Origin: Mytilus californianus
Lineage: Eukaryota
Reading direction: 5' to 3'
Assembly: GCF_021869535.1 (NCBI RefSeq)
Contig: NW_026262582.1
Coordinates: 18,662,001 to 18,726,000, forward strand
Length of the DNA stretch: 64,000 bases
The position numbers and the translations under genes are program-made. Each line of letters begins with the position of its first letter. Position 1 is the first letter of the stretch. Shown piece after piece: positions 27,301-38,620 of this stretch. Below the pieces are notes generated by a model. The model ran no database searches. It saw nothing but the letters and a program-made list of their open reading frames with translations, and was not told the origin of the DNA.

Positions 27301-30300
27301 CTCAATAACTTTATAAGATATCTTAAATAGTTAATAAGATATCTTATATAGTTTATGATATATCTTATACATTTTATGAGATATCTTATATACTTTATGC
27401 GATATCTTATATAGTTTATGAGATATCTTATAAACTATATAAGATATCTTATAAACTATATGAGATATCTTATAAAGTATATAAGCTATCTTGTATAAAA
27501 ATATTTATAAGATATCTTATAAACTTTAGGAGATATCTTATACAGTATATAAGATATCTTATATAGTTTATAAGATATCTCATATATTATATAAGATATC
27601 TCATATATTATATGAGATATCTTATAAAAAAAGATTATATAAGATATCTTATATATTATATAAAACATCTTATATAGTTTATAAGATATCTCATATAATT
27701 TATAAGATATCTTATATAATTTTATTTATAAGATACCTCATAAGTTATATGAGATATCTTATAAACTCTTTAAGATATCTTATAAACTATATAAGACCTA
27801 TAAACTATATAAGATATCTTATAAAGTATATAAGATATCTTATATAAAATATATCTTTAAGATATCTCATATGATATCTCATATACTTTATAAGATATCT
27901 CATCAGCTTTAGAAGATATCTTATAAAGTACATAGGATATTATATAAAGTATATAAAATATTTTATAAACTATATGAGATATCTTGTATAATAAATAAGG
28001 TATCTCATATAATATATAAGATATCTCATATAATATATAAGATATCTCATAAAAATTAAATTGTATAAGATATCTTATATATAATATTAGATATCTTATA
28101 TATTATATAAGATATCTTATATATTATATGAGATATCTTGAAATTCGAATAAATAGCAAAACGGCTTGCCATAGTTTAAATTCTCATACATATGTACACC
28201 CTTGTCTTTCAAATTTATGAGTTTAAGCTATCGTTGTGAATTAAATAAAAAAAAAAGCATACCTGACAATCCAAATTCATTTAGTTTTATTTCTAGTTAT
28301 AGAATAGCCTCTACCCCTCAATGCAAAGGGTGATTGTGAAAGCTGTCCTATCGATTAAACTATCCAATCACACATTGCTTCAACTTATAATCATAAAAAT
28401 AAAACACTAAAATCAAATGGTACCAACATGAGTTTTGAACTATATGCGCATGTCACAAATTTTAAAACCAAGAAATATTTACCTTGCTGTTTCGCCATGT
28501 TTGTAACCGTTGACTTTCCATATATGTCTGGTAATCAAAAGTATGGAGATAATAAGTACAAAGAATGCAACAAATAATTCAGTGCAGTTTCCAACCAGCT
28601 GATCAAGCCCACGTATACACCAGGTAGAAAATAGTAAATCGCAGGAACTAAACTTCAAAATGTCAGGTTGGTGCATCATGCTAACTAATGTTAATGTCGT
28701 AGCTATAGGTACTATAGTTAACGGAATACTAAAGCCAACCCGCTGACAATTGATTACGCATACAGTTTTTGATGCTTTGTAACAAAGATATTCACAACAT
28801 ATGCTTATAACAGCTACTATGAATGGAGCACGATTCCTGCAGATTGGATTGTTTCCAAATGTGTGATCTCCAAATGCAGTAGTCAATGATGAAATCCCAG
28901 AGTTGAAAAGCGACCTCAGAGCCGATGTAGAGTCATTACCTTGGGTCGAAAATATAACCATTACTACAATGAAAGTGACGATTATTTTCCAAAAGCTGAC
29001 CAGACACGCTACTTTAGTTCTCCCTTTATGCAGTTCCCATTTCATCTTCCGAAGGAACATTGAGCTGTCTCCACCAATAGCAACGAAGTTCTCCCAATAC
29101 TTAATGGACGTAAAAATGGCCGACATGAAGAACATACCCATCAACCAACCGATTTTTATGTAACGAGCTATTAGAACTATTCCTACGATTTGAAATAGAA
29201 ATCCAAAAATCGGAAAAGAAAATGAAAGCATCGAAGTCTCCCTGCGTGGAGGAATTTTTGTTTTTTTCTCAGTGCCGTCTTCTTTACTTTCATTTATGGT
29301 TTTATCCATTATATCTATCATAGGTGGTATTACTGCAACAGCCAAATAAACAACGGAAGCGGAAGCTGGATCAAATGCAGGCAGTACTAGAAATGCGATT
29401 ATGGATACTCCAATGGAATGAATCGTTTCTATCAAAAGTACCTAAAATGAGACGAATTAAGACATTACATGACTATACAAAAAATTGAATTGACCGTTCA
29501 ATCCATCCATAACCTGAAATAGGTAAACTCTGTTCCACGTGAAAACCTCGGCCGATTGAGTATACCTTTAAATGCAGCTGATTTATCTGAGGTGTCGAGG
29601 TGTGTCAACTTAAGCACTGCAACGTATGAATGTTGAACAAGGGCGTGTATTTAATGGTCTCTTTTGATTATTTGATATAATATTTTATATATGAGGAGAT
29701 GTTGTATAATTGCCGATCGATTAGACAACTATCCACCACGGACTAAAGGACAAGAATGTGAACAAATATAGGTCCTCATATGGAAACATTCCAATAAAAA
29801 AATCTTCTACCTGTGCAATAACTATTTATTCAAAGCATCACCAAAATTAATATATACAATGTAAGTACGAACTACACTCTTTGAACGTTGACATTAATGC
29901 ATACATGTAACACAAATTTCTCCTGGACACTGTTTTCAATTGTAATTTCAGTTTTATATATGAAAGTTTGTAGAAAATTCACAAAGAATTACAAATTTCA
30001 TTCGAAATCACTAATAATCGAGTCATTCGGAAAGAGTTTAACTTATCAGATCGGTATAAGCACAAACACAACAATCGAATAGACAAAAGAGACAAATTAC
30101 CGACAAATTCCGATCACCTATCACATTTATTGGCACTGTTGATATTTTGAACCGATATACATGTAATAACCGAGTAAGTCAATGCTATAAGTATAATTTA
30201 TTTTTTTTCACACAATAACGCTGAACACTTTTAGCATACTAGTTAGTTTTCTTTTTTTAATTTTCACATTTTGTCAGACCGGGGACTTATATATCTTACT

Positions 30301-31343
30301 ATACGGGTTTGCTCATTGTTGAAGGCTGTACTGTGACCTATAGTTGTTTACTTCCTCGTCCTTTGACCTCTGTCGTGGATATTTACCTCCTTGAAAATCA
30401 TACCACACCTCATAATTTTTGTATTATCAAAGTATCGTGAGTGACACGTACTTGCTCACCATCCATACGGTTCAGCTTGTTTTATAATATTCACAAATAA
30501 AAAAAGGAGAAGACATCAAAAGGAAAAAAAAAAACAAAACAAAAAACCAAACAAAAAAACTTTCAACTCTTTGACACAAAAAAAATAATAATCCAAATAC
30601 GAAGAAAGCAAACGTTATATATATATATATAACGATATGTTCCACCATAATACGACACAAACGTACATGTACATGTACCAAGATCTTAAATAATTTTATC
30701 AAATAACTTTCCAGTTTTTATTTCTACAGCTATAGAAAAAGATTAAGTTATCTTCAATATCTTTGTTGGAATGGTGTTTCACTGTTTGCCAATATCAGTA
30801 TTTGGTTTTTTTCCGGTCCAAATAAATGCAAAATTGTAAATTTTTAATGTAACCTTTTTTTTATTTTTTCAAATACGGTTTTCAATAAATATTTTATTAT
30901 GTACATTGTTTATACTTACCGCTAAAAGAACTCCACAGTTCAACGGTGCATTCGATTTGAAGCATAATCTAAACAATGTTGAGAAAAATGTCAGGAGATA
31001 CGGTGAAATAATAACGAGAAATAGAGCCCAAATCCAAGTCTTGTCAACTGCTGTAGAATGAGGCGAGCACGTGGTCGTATTACTGGTACTGGTATCGCAG
31101 ATGGAACAGTTAGAGACCAGGAGACCTCCAAGAGTATTTATCACAGAATCTGATGTTTCTATCGGTGGAGTGATATGCCAAATCAAAATATGCAAAGTGA
31201 TCCTTGCAATGAAGCAACTTCCAAACACAATGATTAACAGAAAGGTGGCGAAGATAATTTTCAAAATCTTTTCATCCAGTGGATAAGCAGATGACTTAAG
31301 TTTAATTTTGAATTTTGGCTTATCGCCCCCATCTTCATCATTT
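11364..31343 (-). CDS. CHS: Chitin synthase (GT2), 14 reconstructed coding exons, ~1439 aa plus an unresolved N-terminus
   Basis: complement join 31343-30920, 29441-28483, 25938-25839, 22521-22382, 21772-21687, 20970-20862, 20147-19994, 19373-19166, 18152-17952, 17187-16790, 16293-16129, 15575-15364, 14534-14380, 12373-11364 = 4321 nt; all GT-AG, phases compatible, no internal stop seen. Motifs CATMWHET, FFDDAF, KKRWSQ, LDGDVDF, GRIHP, CSPGCFSLFR, QYDQGEDRW, QRRRW, SWGTRE. Confidence 0.93.
12580..13865. repeat. 20-bp minisatellite (TCTGACAACGTTTACAAGGA)n in the last CHS intron, with a 265-bp higher-order duplication
   Basis: Unit read directly (~60 copies); GGATAATTATGACAAC recurs at ~12776 and ~13041. 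Confidence 0.9.
14380..14534 (-). CDS. CHS: Chitin synthase exon (SCMFCPTND...)
   Basis: ttttag| acceptor, |gtaac donor; phase 2 in / phase 1 out matches both neighbouring exons. Confidence 0.8.
15364..15575 (-). CDS. CHS: Chitin synthase exon (contains SWGTRE)
   Basis: EFFCIIPGLLYF...NLHIVSWGTRE; GT-AG boundaries. Confidence 0.92.
16129..16293 (-). CDS. CHS: Chitin synthase TM exon (LQLAAVLSSIY...LVHPK), absent from the ORF track
   Basis: gttgtag| ... CCAAAG|gtatgt; 55 codons, hydrophobic, ends in the conserved HP motif. Confidence 0.88.
16790..17187 (-). CDS. CHS: Chitin synthase catalytic exon (GEDRW, QRRRW)
   Basis: GEDRWLCTLLLKQGW...FYNQRRRWTPSTMAN. Confidence 0.95.
17952..18152 (-). 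CDS. CHS: Chitin synthase exon (CSPGCFSLFR, QYDQG)
   Basis: GPMVWYQKFEYAISHWLQKATEHVIGCVLCSPGCFSLFR. Confidence 0.95.
19166..19373 (-). CDS. CHS: Chitin synthase exon (DGD motif, GRIHP)
   Basis: VMYMYYIL...LALDGDVDF...GAACGRIHPIGS. Confidence 0.95.
19994..20147 (-). CDS. CHS: Chitin synthase exon (TPYGAR...HKKRWSQ)
   Basis: ttttcag| ... CAG|gta; HLKDKTKIRHKKRWSQ motif. Confidence 0.93.
20490..20861. repeat. 22-bp minisatellite (TTATTACCTTCCCGTCGTATTG)n starting at a CHS splice donor
   Basis: ~17 copies read directly; the array abuts the exon end at 20862. Confidence 0.88.
20862..20970 (-). CDS. CHS: Chitin synthase exon (AQVFFDDAF...), absent from the ORF track
   Basis: gaatag|CC CAA GTC TTC TTT GAT GAT GCC TTT ... 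GGA AG|gtaata; conserved FFDDAF. Confidence 0.9.
21687..21772 (-). CDS. CHS: Chitin synthase exon (LDINQF...YDLE)
   Basis: ttttgtag| ... GAAG|gtacgt; phases match neighbours. Confidence 0.88.
22382..22521 (-). CDS. CHS: Chitin synthase exon (YACCATMWHET...LLKSVFR), absent from the ORF track
   Basis: Translation DDSDDTKTKPAVNDKVQNERRMLYACCATMWHETANEMTQLLKSVF; |gtaaa donor. Confidence 0.92.
22700..25190. repeat. 32-bp minisatellite (GAAATAGTGTTTCAAATGAATACCTTGTTGAA)n, ~2.5 kb, in a CHS intron
   Basis: Unit read directly (~65-70 copies); interrupted at ~23158-23600 by duplicated intronic segments. Confidence 0.9.
25839..25938 (-). CDS. CHS: Chitin synthase exon (MFVSNFYCALFIDLSLLLNRRR)
   Basis: cttacag|G ATG TTT ... 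TCT AAG|gtatcc; conserved D.S.LLNRR motif. Confidence 0.9.
26257..27164 (-). mobile_element. Helentron-associated non-autonomous element (HINE/DINE-like) with ~140-bp core repeats
   Basis: Minus-strand 5' end TTTTTGTCGAGCCTGCGACTTTAGTTGCAG hairpin, then a (GGC/GTC) microsatellite; repeated AAATGAGGTCAAGGTCA cores. Same architecture as 47996-49086. Confidence 0.6.
27260..28173. mobile_element. Non-autonomous TIR element with 6-bp TSD (IS3EU-like TAY..RTA termini), interior of tandem palindromes TATAAGATATCTTATA
   Basis: GTTTAA|TATGGCAAGCCGTTTTACTATTTATTC ... GAATAAATAGCAAAACGGCTTGCCATA|GTTTAA. Confidence 0.75.
28483..29441 (-). CDS. CHS: Chitin synthase large N-terminal multi-TM exon
   Basis: VLLIETIHSIG...FTSIKYWENFV...HIWKVNGYKHGETA; tttag| and AG|gtaaat. 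Confidence 0.92.
30920..31343 (-). CDS. CHS: Chitin synthase, most 5' confidently identified exon
   Basis: gtttcag|A AAT GAT; KILKIIFATFLLIIVFGSCFIARITL ... WIWALFLVIISPYLLTFF, typical of the first CHS TM helices; GCG|gtaagt. Confidence 0.85.
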
Positions 31344-32363
31344 CTGAAACAAAACGAGAAATTATTTAAAACCATTACTAACAGATCATGTAAAATCGTA
31401 CCTTCAAATGTATTGTTTATATTACTATTACAAGTGTAATATATTTACAAAGTTAACATGAAATTATACTATCTACTTTGGCGGCAGCATGTTTGATCTA
31501 TAACAGATCATGCAAAATGACATGTAAATGACTTACAAAATACAAAATCTTCCGTTGCCGCCTTCTTTCTTTACTACATGTATGTGTGGCTGTTTTCGAA
31601 ATTCAACTCTGACATTTAAAACAAGCATCTAAGTCCCGGTAAGGCATGCTTATAATACATAGGCCCGCGGGAAAGGAGATTACTAATATATAGATGATAT
31701 AGTGCATAAAAAGATAAACTATACTTTTGTACTTCTATAAAGAGTTCATAGACTGAATGAGTAGATGGGTAACAAATGCCGTAAGGAGCAACAAGTAAAG
31801 ATTTTTTTAACAGAATAAAAATGCACAAAAATGCAGTTTTGTGCGAATGTATAAAAAACAACCTTATGCCATTCATTTTTTTCCCTTACGATCGAATCTA
31901 TATGTCTATATAAGGCCCCTTTTCTGCTTATCGGTCCTAACGTGTTTTCGTATCTATCCTGCAACCAGCCAAATACTGTACAAATAACAGGTACACAAAT
32001 AACATTTTGATTTATTTGGATTGGTACAAATAAAGTATCCTATGACTCCTCCTCCATATTGAGAAAACGGTAATGTGAATATTTCTTTTTGTGTGACAGT
32101 TCATTTTTGGGTCCTTTTCACGGTCCGTGTTTATACTATGTCGATTTCTTTGAATACTAGTAATCAGAGACAACTATTTTGGATTTAAAAAACGAAGCCT
32201 CAAATGACGGGTGTAAATTGCAGGATAAAAACAACTAATGTTCATTGTCAGAAATATAAAATTCATTTATGCTTGCTACGATACAGAAGAAAAGCCCGGC
32301 GAGCCTCGTTTATTCGTCATTTGTCTGAAGCTCGTGTTTTCCGACATTGTACATATATTATTA

Positions 32364-32513
32364 GTTACATGGTGTGTTAGTGACCTAATACGATATATAT
32401 GTGGTCAGTAAATTCCATATGAGGTGAAAGCGAAGCTCGAATCCCCATATGGAATTTACTGACCCCATATGCATCGTATTAGATCACTAGCACACCGTGT
32501 AACGAACTTATCT
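32364..32513. repeat. Fold-back element with central GCGAAGC (probable non-autonomous Crypton)
   Basis: Arms 32364-32421 and 32446-32513 (GGTCAGTAAATTCCATATG / CATATGGAATTTACTGACC); GCGAAGC at 32430-32436. Confidence 0.7.
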
Positions 32514-33045
32514 TACCGACTATCTTCACATGTGGTATTTTGACTAGCGGCCTATCAAAGTGATCAAGTATTCAATACTTAGTATTAAGGTCCTACTTCC
32601 ATTCATTACATGTATTATAATTACTTCGTCTGTTGAATCCTTTCAGATTTCTTTTTTGTTTTGAAAGGGAAGTAACCCCATTATGCCAACAATAACAACT
32701 TGTTAGCTTGACTTATGTTTTATGAACTTATTTCAACGTTTCATCATCAATTTCTTCGTCCATGTCGTCTGTTGAATCCTCTAAGATTTTTCCTCAACAC
32801 CTTGTTGTTTTTATGAAGGGTTGTGGCATCATTTTTGTTTTGAAAGGGAAGTAACTCCTTACTAACCCTATATGGTAATTAACCATGTATGGTTGCTAAC
32901 CCTATATTTTTTTTTAGGACACCCTATATCAAATATACATAGTCACCACGTGTAGTCCTTTAACCAATCATATCTCTATAAATCTATAGGAGGTAAGATA
33001 ACGTATATTATACATCCCTGGAAGTGACAAAGGCCAATAGATATA

Positions 33046-36000
33046 ACTAGTGTCAAGCTATCCATCAATTCTATTCCTGCAATTCTCTTGCGATAAAGCT
33101 ACCCTGTAATTCGTCATCCTGCAATTGCGTTCGAAAAACAACTTGAGTCACAATTTTATTTTTTTCAAAATCATGGTTTTTGACTGTTTTGTTTGAAAAA
33201 AAAAGATAAATATAAAGTTTTTTATATCCCATTCACAAATTTCTAGCTTTAGTTTACAAATTTCTAACTCATCTTTACGGTCTATAACAAGAATTTACAA
33301 TTAGAAAAATAATGACGATTCACAAAGAGATATATATCTGTGAAGTCCCGGATATGATTTCGTTTTTATGCATGTTTAAGAATTTCTTGTTTAAGCTTTC
33401 TTAAAGGCCCATACTTTCGTTCGAAACACGGAAATAAAGCCAAATTCTAAAAAATACTCATTGGGTTTCCCACTTTCCGACCCATTATTTCGGTAGTTCT
33501 TTATGGCTAAGGATTATAGACTCTGCTTCAAAGAACAGCTATAATATAGAACTACTACGGGAAGGTAAAGAATTTCTGGGGTAAGCATTCTTAAAGGCCA
33601 AAAATTTCGTCCGAAATAAGGAAATAAAGCCAAATTCGATAAAATACGCATTTGAGTACCCACTTTCCGACCCATTGTTTTGGTAGTTCTTCACGGTAAG
33701 GGATTTAAAACTCTGCTCTAATAAATAGCTATTGGATATAACTACAACGGGAGGGTAAATATTTGCTATGGTAATTATTCTTAAAGGCCGAAATATCGTC
33801 CGAAACATGGAAATCAAGCCAAATTCGATAAAATACGTTCTAGGGTCACCCACTTTCCAACCAATTATCTGGGTAGTTCGTAATTGCTAGGGATTATAGA
33901 CTCTGCTTCAATGAACAGCTATTGGATAGTACTACAACGGGAAGGTAAAGAATTTCTGGGGTAAGCTTTCTTAAAGGCTTAAAATTTCGTTCGAAACACG
34001 GAAATAAAGCCAAATTCGATAAAATACGCTATAGGGTCACCCACTTTCCTACCAATTGTCTGGTTAGTTCTAAATGGATAGGGATTAGAGACTCTGCTTC
34101 AATGAATAGCTATTATATAGATCTACATTTGGATAGTAGAGAATTTCTGGGGTAAGCATTTTTAAAGGCCGAAAAATTCGTCCGAAACATGGAAATAATG
34201 CAAAAATCGATAAAATACGCTCTAGGATCACCCACTTTCCAACCAATCATATGGGTAGTTCTGAATGGCTAGAGATTATAGACTCTGCTTCAATGAATAG
34301 CTAGTATATGGTACTGCATTGGGATAGTAGAGAATTTCTGGGGAAAGTATTCTTAAAGGCCGAAAATTTCGTTCGAAACACGGAAAAAGCCAAATTCGAT
34401 GAAATACGCATTGGGGTACCCACTTTCCGACCCATTATTTGGTAGTTCTTTATGGCTAAGGATTATAGACTCTGTTCTAATAAATAGCTATTGGATAGTA
34501 CTACAACGGGAGGGTAAAGAATTTCTGGAGTACGCTTTCTTAAAAGCCTAACATTTCGTTCGTAACACGGAAATAAAGCCAAATTCGATAAAAAACGCTC
34601 TAGGGTCACCCACTTTCCAACCAATTGTCTGGGTAGTTCCTTATGGCTAGGGATTAAAGACTCTGCTTCAATGAACATCTATAATATAGTAATACAACGG
34701 GAAGGTAACGAATTTTTGAGGTAAGCTTTTTTAAAGGCCGAAAATTTCGTCCGAAATATGCAAATAAAGCCAAATTCGACATAATACGCAGTTCGGTACC
34801 TACTTTCCGACCCATTGTTTTTATAGTTTTTTATGGCTAGGGATTATAGACTCTGCTCTAATGAATAGCTATTGAATATAACTACAACGGGAGGGTGAAG
34901 AATTTCTGGGGTTAGCATTTTTAAAGGCCGAAAATGTCGTCCGAAACATTGGAAATAAGAAAAATTCGATAAAATACGCTCTAGGGTCACCCACTTTCCA
35001 ACCGATTATCTGGGTAGTTCTTAATGGCTAGGGATTACAGATTCTGCTTCAATAGATAGCTATTATATAGTTCTACATTGGGATAGTAGAGAATTTCTGG
35101 GGTAAACATTCTTAAAGGCGTAAAATTTCGTTCCAAACACGGAAAAAAGCCAAATTCGATAAAATACGCTCTAGGGTCACCCACTTTCCAACCAAATATC
35201 TTGGTAGTTCTTAATGACTAGGCATTATAGCCTCTGCTTCAATAAATAGCTATTTAATGGTACTACAACGGGAGGGTAAAGAATTTCTGGGATAAACTTT
35301 ATTAAAGGGCCAAAATATCGTCCGAAACATGGAAATAATGCCAAATTCGATAAAATACGCTCTAGGGTCACCCACTTTCCCACCAATCATCTTGGTAGTT
35401 CTTAATGGCTTGGGATTATAGACTCTGCTTCAATGAATAGCTATTATATAGTACTACATTGGGATAGTAAATTTCTGGGGAAAGTATTTTTAAAGGCCGA
35501 AAATTTCGTTTGAAACACGGAAAAAAGACAAATTCGATGAAATACGCATTGGGGTACCCACTTTCCGACCCTTTAAATTGGTAGTTCTTAATGACTAGGG
35601 ATTATAGACTCTGCTCTAATGAATAGCTATTGATTAGTTCTACAACGGGAAGGTAAAGAATTTCTGGGGTACGCTTTATTAAAGGGCCAAAATATCGTCC
35701 GAAACATGGAAATAATGCCAAATTCGATAAAATACGCTCTAGGGTCACCCACTTTTCAACCAATTGTCTGGGTAGTTCATTATGGCTAGGAATTAAAGAC
35801 TCTGCTTCAATGAACAGCTATTATACAGTTCTACATTGAGATAGTAGAGAATTTTTGGGGTAAGCATTCTTAAAGGCCCAAAATTTCATTCGAAACACGG
35901 AAATAAAGCCAAATTCGATATAAGACGCATTTCGGTACCCACTTTCCTACCCATTGTTTTGGTATTTTTGTATGGCTAGGGATTATAGACTTTGCTCTAA

Positions 36001-37914
36001 TGAATAGCTATTGGATATGACTACAATGGGATGGTAAAGAATTTCTGGGGTTAGCATTCTTAAAGGCCGAAAATGTCGTCCGAAACATGGAAATAAGCAA
36101 AATTCGATAAAATACGCTCTAGGGTCACCCACTTTCCAACCGATTATCTGGGTAGTTCTTAATGGCTAGGGATTATAGACTCTGCTTCAATTGATAGCTA
36201 TTATATAGTACTACATTGGGATAGTAAAGAATTTCTAGGGTAAGCATTCTTAAAGGCCCAAATTTCGTTCGAAACACGGAAAAAGCTAAATTCGATAAAA
36301 TACGCTCTAGGGTCACCCACTTTCCAACCAATTATCTGGGTAGTTGTTTATGACTAGGGATTATAAACTCTGCTTCAATGAATAGATATAGAATAGTACT
36401 ACAACGGTAAGGTAAAGAATTTCTATGGTAAGCTTTATTAAAGGGCCAAAATATCATTCGAAACACGGAAATAAAGCCAAATTCGATAAAATACGCTCAA
36501 TGGTCACCCACTTTCCAACAAATTGTCTGGGTAGTTCTTTATGGCTAGGGACTAGAGACTCTGCTTCAATGAATAGCTATTTTATAGTACTACATTAGGA
36601 TAGTACAGAATTTCTAGGGTAAGCTATTTTAAAGGCCGAAAATTTCGTCCAAAATATGGAAAAAAGCCAAATTTTATAAAATTCGCATTGGGGTACCCAC
36701 TTTCCGACCTATTGTTTTGGTAGTTCTTTATGACTAGGGATTATAAACTCTGCTCTAATGATCAGCTATTGGATATTACTACAACGGGAGGGTAAAGAAT
36801 TTCTGGGGTAAGCATTCTTAAAGGACGAAAATGTCGTCCGAAACATGGAAATAATCCAAATTCGATAAAATACGCTCTAGGGTCACCCACTTTCCAACCA
36901 ATTATCTGGGTAGTTCTTAATGGCTAGGGATTATAAACTTCGCTTCAATGCATAGCTATTATATAGTACTACATTGGGATAGTAGAGAATTACTGGGGTA
37001 AGCATTCTTAAAGGCCCAAAATTTCGTTCGAAACACGGAAATAAAGCCAAATTCGATAAAATACGCTCTAGGATCACCCACTTTCCTACCAAATGTCTGG
37101 TTAGTTCTTAATGAATAGGGATTATAGACTCTGCTTCAGTGGATAGTTATCATATAGTACTACATTGGGAGGGTTAAGAATTTCTGGGGTAAACATTCTT
37201 AAAGGCTCAAAATTTTTTTCGAAACACGGAAAAAAGCCAAATTCTATAAAATACGCTCTAGGGTCATCCACTTTCCAACCAATTATCTGGGTAGTTCCTA
37301 GTGACTAGGGATTATAGACTCTGCTTCAGTGAATAGCTATTGAATAGTACTACAACGGGAAGGTAAAGAATTTCTGGGGTAAGCTTTTTTAAAGGGCCAA
37401 AATATCGTTCGAAACACGGAAATAAAGCCAAATTCGATAAAATACGCTCTAGGGTCACCCACTTTCCAACCAACTATCTGGGTAGTTCTTAATGGCTAGG
37501 GATTATAGACTCTACTTCAATGGATAGCAATTATATAGTACTACATTGGAATAGTACAGAATTTCTGGGGTAAACATTTTTAAAGGCCGAAAATTTCGTC
37601 CAAAATATGGAAAAAAGCCAAATTTTATAAAATTCGCATTGGGGTACCCACTTTCCGACCCATTGTTTTGGTAGTTCTTTATGGCTAGGGATTATGCAAA
37701 CTAAATTTAGAATTTTGTTAATGGGATATAAAAGTCTTTGATTTTCTATATAAATCTTGTTTTCGAACAAAAAAGTCAAAAACTATGATTTTAAAGAAAA
37801 AGAAAATTGTCGCTCAAGTAGTTTTCCAAACGCAATTGCAGGATGACGAATTGCAGGATAGATTTTTATAAAGAGAATTGCAGGATGATAATTGCTGGAT
37901 AGCTTGACACTAGT
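33046..37914. mobile_element. Non-autonomous Mutator-like (MULE) element, 4.87 kb, carrying a satellite array
   Basis: 9-bp TSD ATAGATATA (33037-33045, 37915-37923). Termini ACTAGTGTCAAGCTATCCA / TGGATAGCTTGACACTAGT. Imperfect TIRs of ~210 bp (33046-33255, 37698-37914); no transposase. Confidence 0.82.
33380..37697. repeat. ~190-bp satellite, 23 units, two interspersed variants
   Basis: CACTTTCC anchor recurs from 33471 to 37649 at ~190-bp spacing. Variants GGGGTACCCACTTTCCGACCC and CTAGGGTCACCCACTTTCCAACC. Confidence 0.92.
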
Positions 37915-38511
37915 ATAGATATAATCATGATATCAAGTTGCCAAGAAATTAAATATATAAAGCTGGTTAAAGGTATCTTAAAAGAATGTTTACTATAATG
38001 GCCTAACCTTATACATATAAAAGATTTTTTACGTTGACCCAGATCACGACACAGATTATAATATGCTTTGTTATATACGTGCATTAATTATAGTCCTTAT
38101 TTAATGCATTCATTGTTAAAACTAGTTATACATGTAGTTTAGATCTAGATGACAGTTTGTGGTTAAAGTATCACTAAATACAGTAACCAAATACAAAATT
38201 TAACAGAACGGTCTATCGAAACCTTGATAAAATAATAGTAAAAGAGAGTCAGAAAATACCAAGAGAGTTTTTCAAACTCATAAGTCAAAGGCCTACTAAC
38301 AACGGCATAGCAGGTGTGGGACAGTAACCCAAAGACACAAAAAAAAAAACCAAAAGACATCTAGTCAGAGATCAACATACCTTAAAATTACTAAAAATCA
38401 CCAATTATAAGCAATCAAATAATCAATCATAAAAAGAAATTGAGAAGAATTATGAGATAACCCACATCAATGAAACAGTACTATTGGCTGTTCTCTATCT
38501 CAACATTTGAA

Positions 38512-38620
38512 ACCGCCTTGGTGGTATTGGAGTAGCGTGATTGCCATTGGAACTGAAGGCCGTGGATTCGATCCATGGCTGGAGCATTACAAAATAAGAC
38601 TTATAAATTTGTATAAGATC
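38512..38620 (+). repeat. Degenerate tRNA-derived SINE head (not a functional tRNA)
   Basis: A-box-like GGTGGTATTGG and B-box-like GGATTCGATCC; no complete cloverleaf. Confidence 0.35.

Noticed and set aside
32625-32860. Short local duplication with an acidic mini-ORF (MDEEIDDETLK*) as a possible upstream CHS exon
   Set aside because: Ends in a stop, no suitable phase-2 donor found, no CHS similarity.
33046-33050. TAG..CTA ends suggesting an Academ element
   Set aside because: The TIR extends two more bases (AC/GT) and is flanked by an exact 9-bp duplication, which fits MULE better.
38512-38590. Possible tRNA gene
   Set aside because: Only box-like motifs; no consistent cloverleaf or anticodon arm. 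Treated as a SINE remnant.
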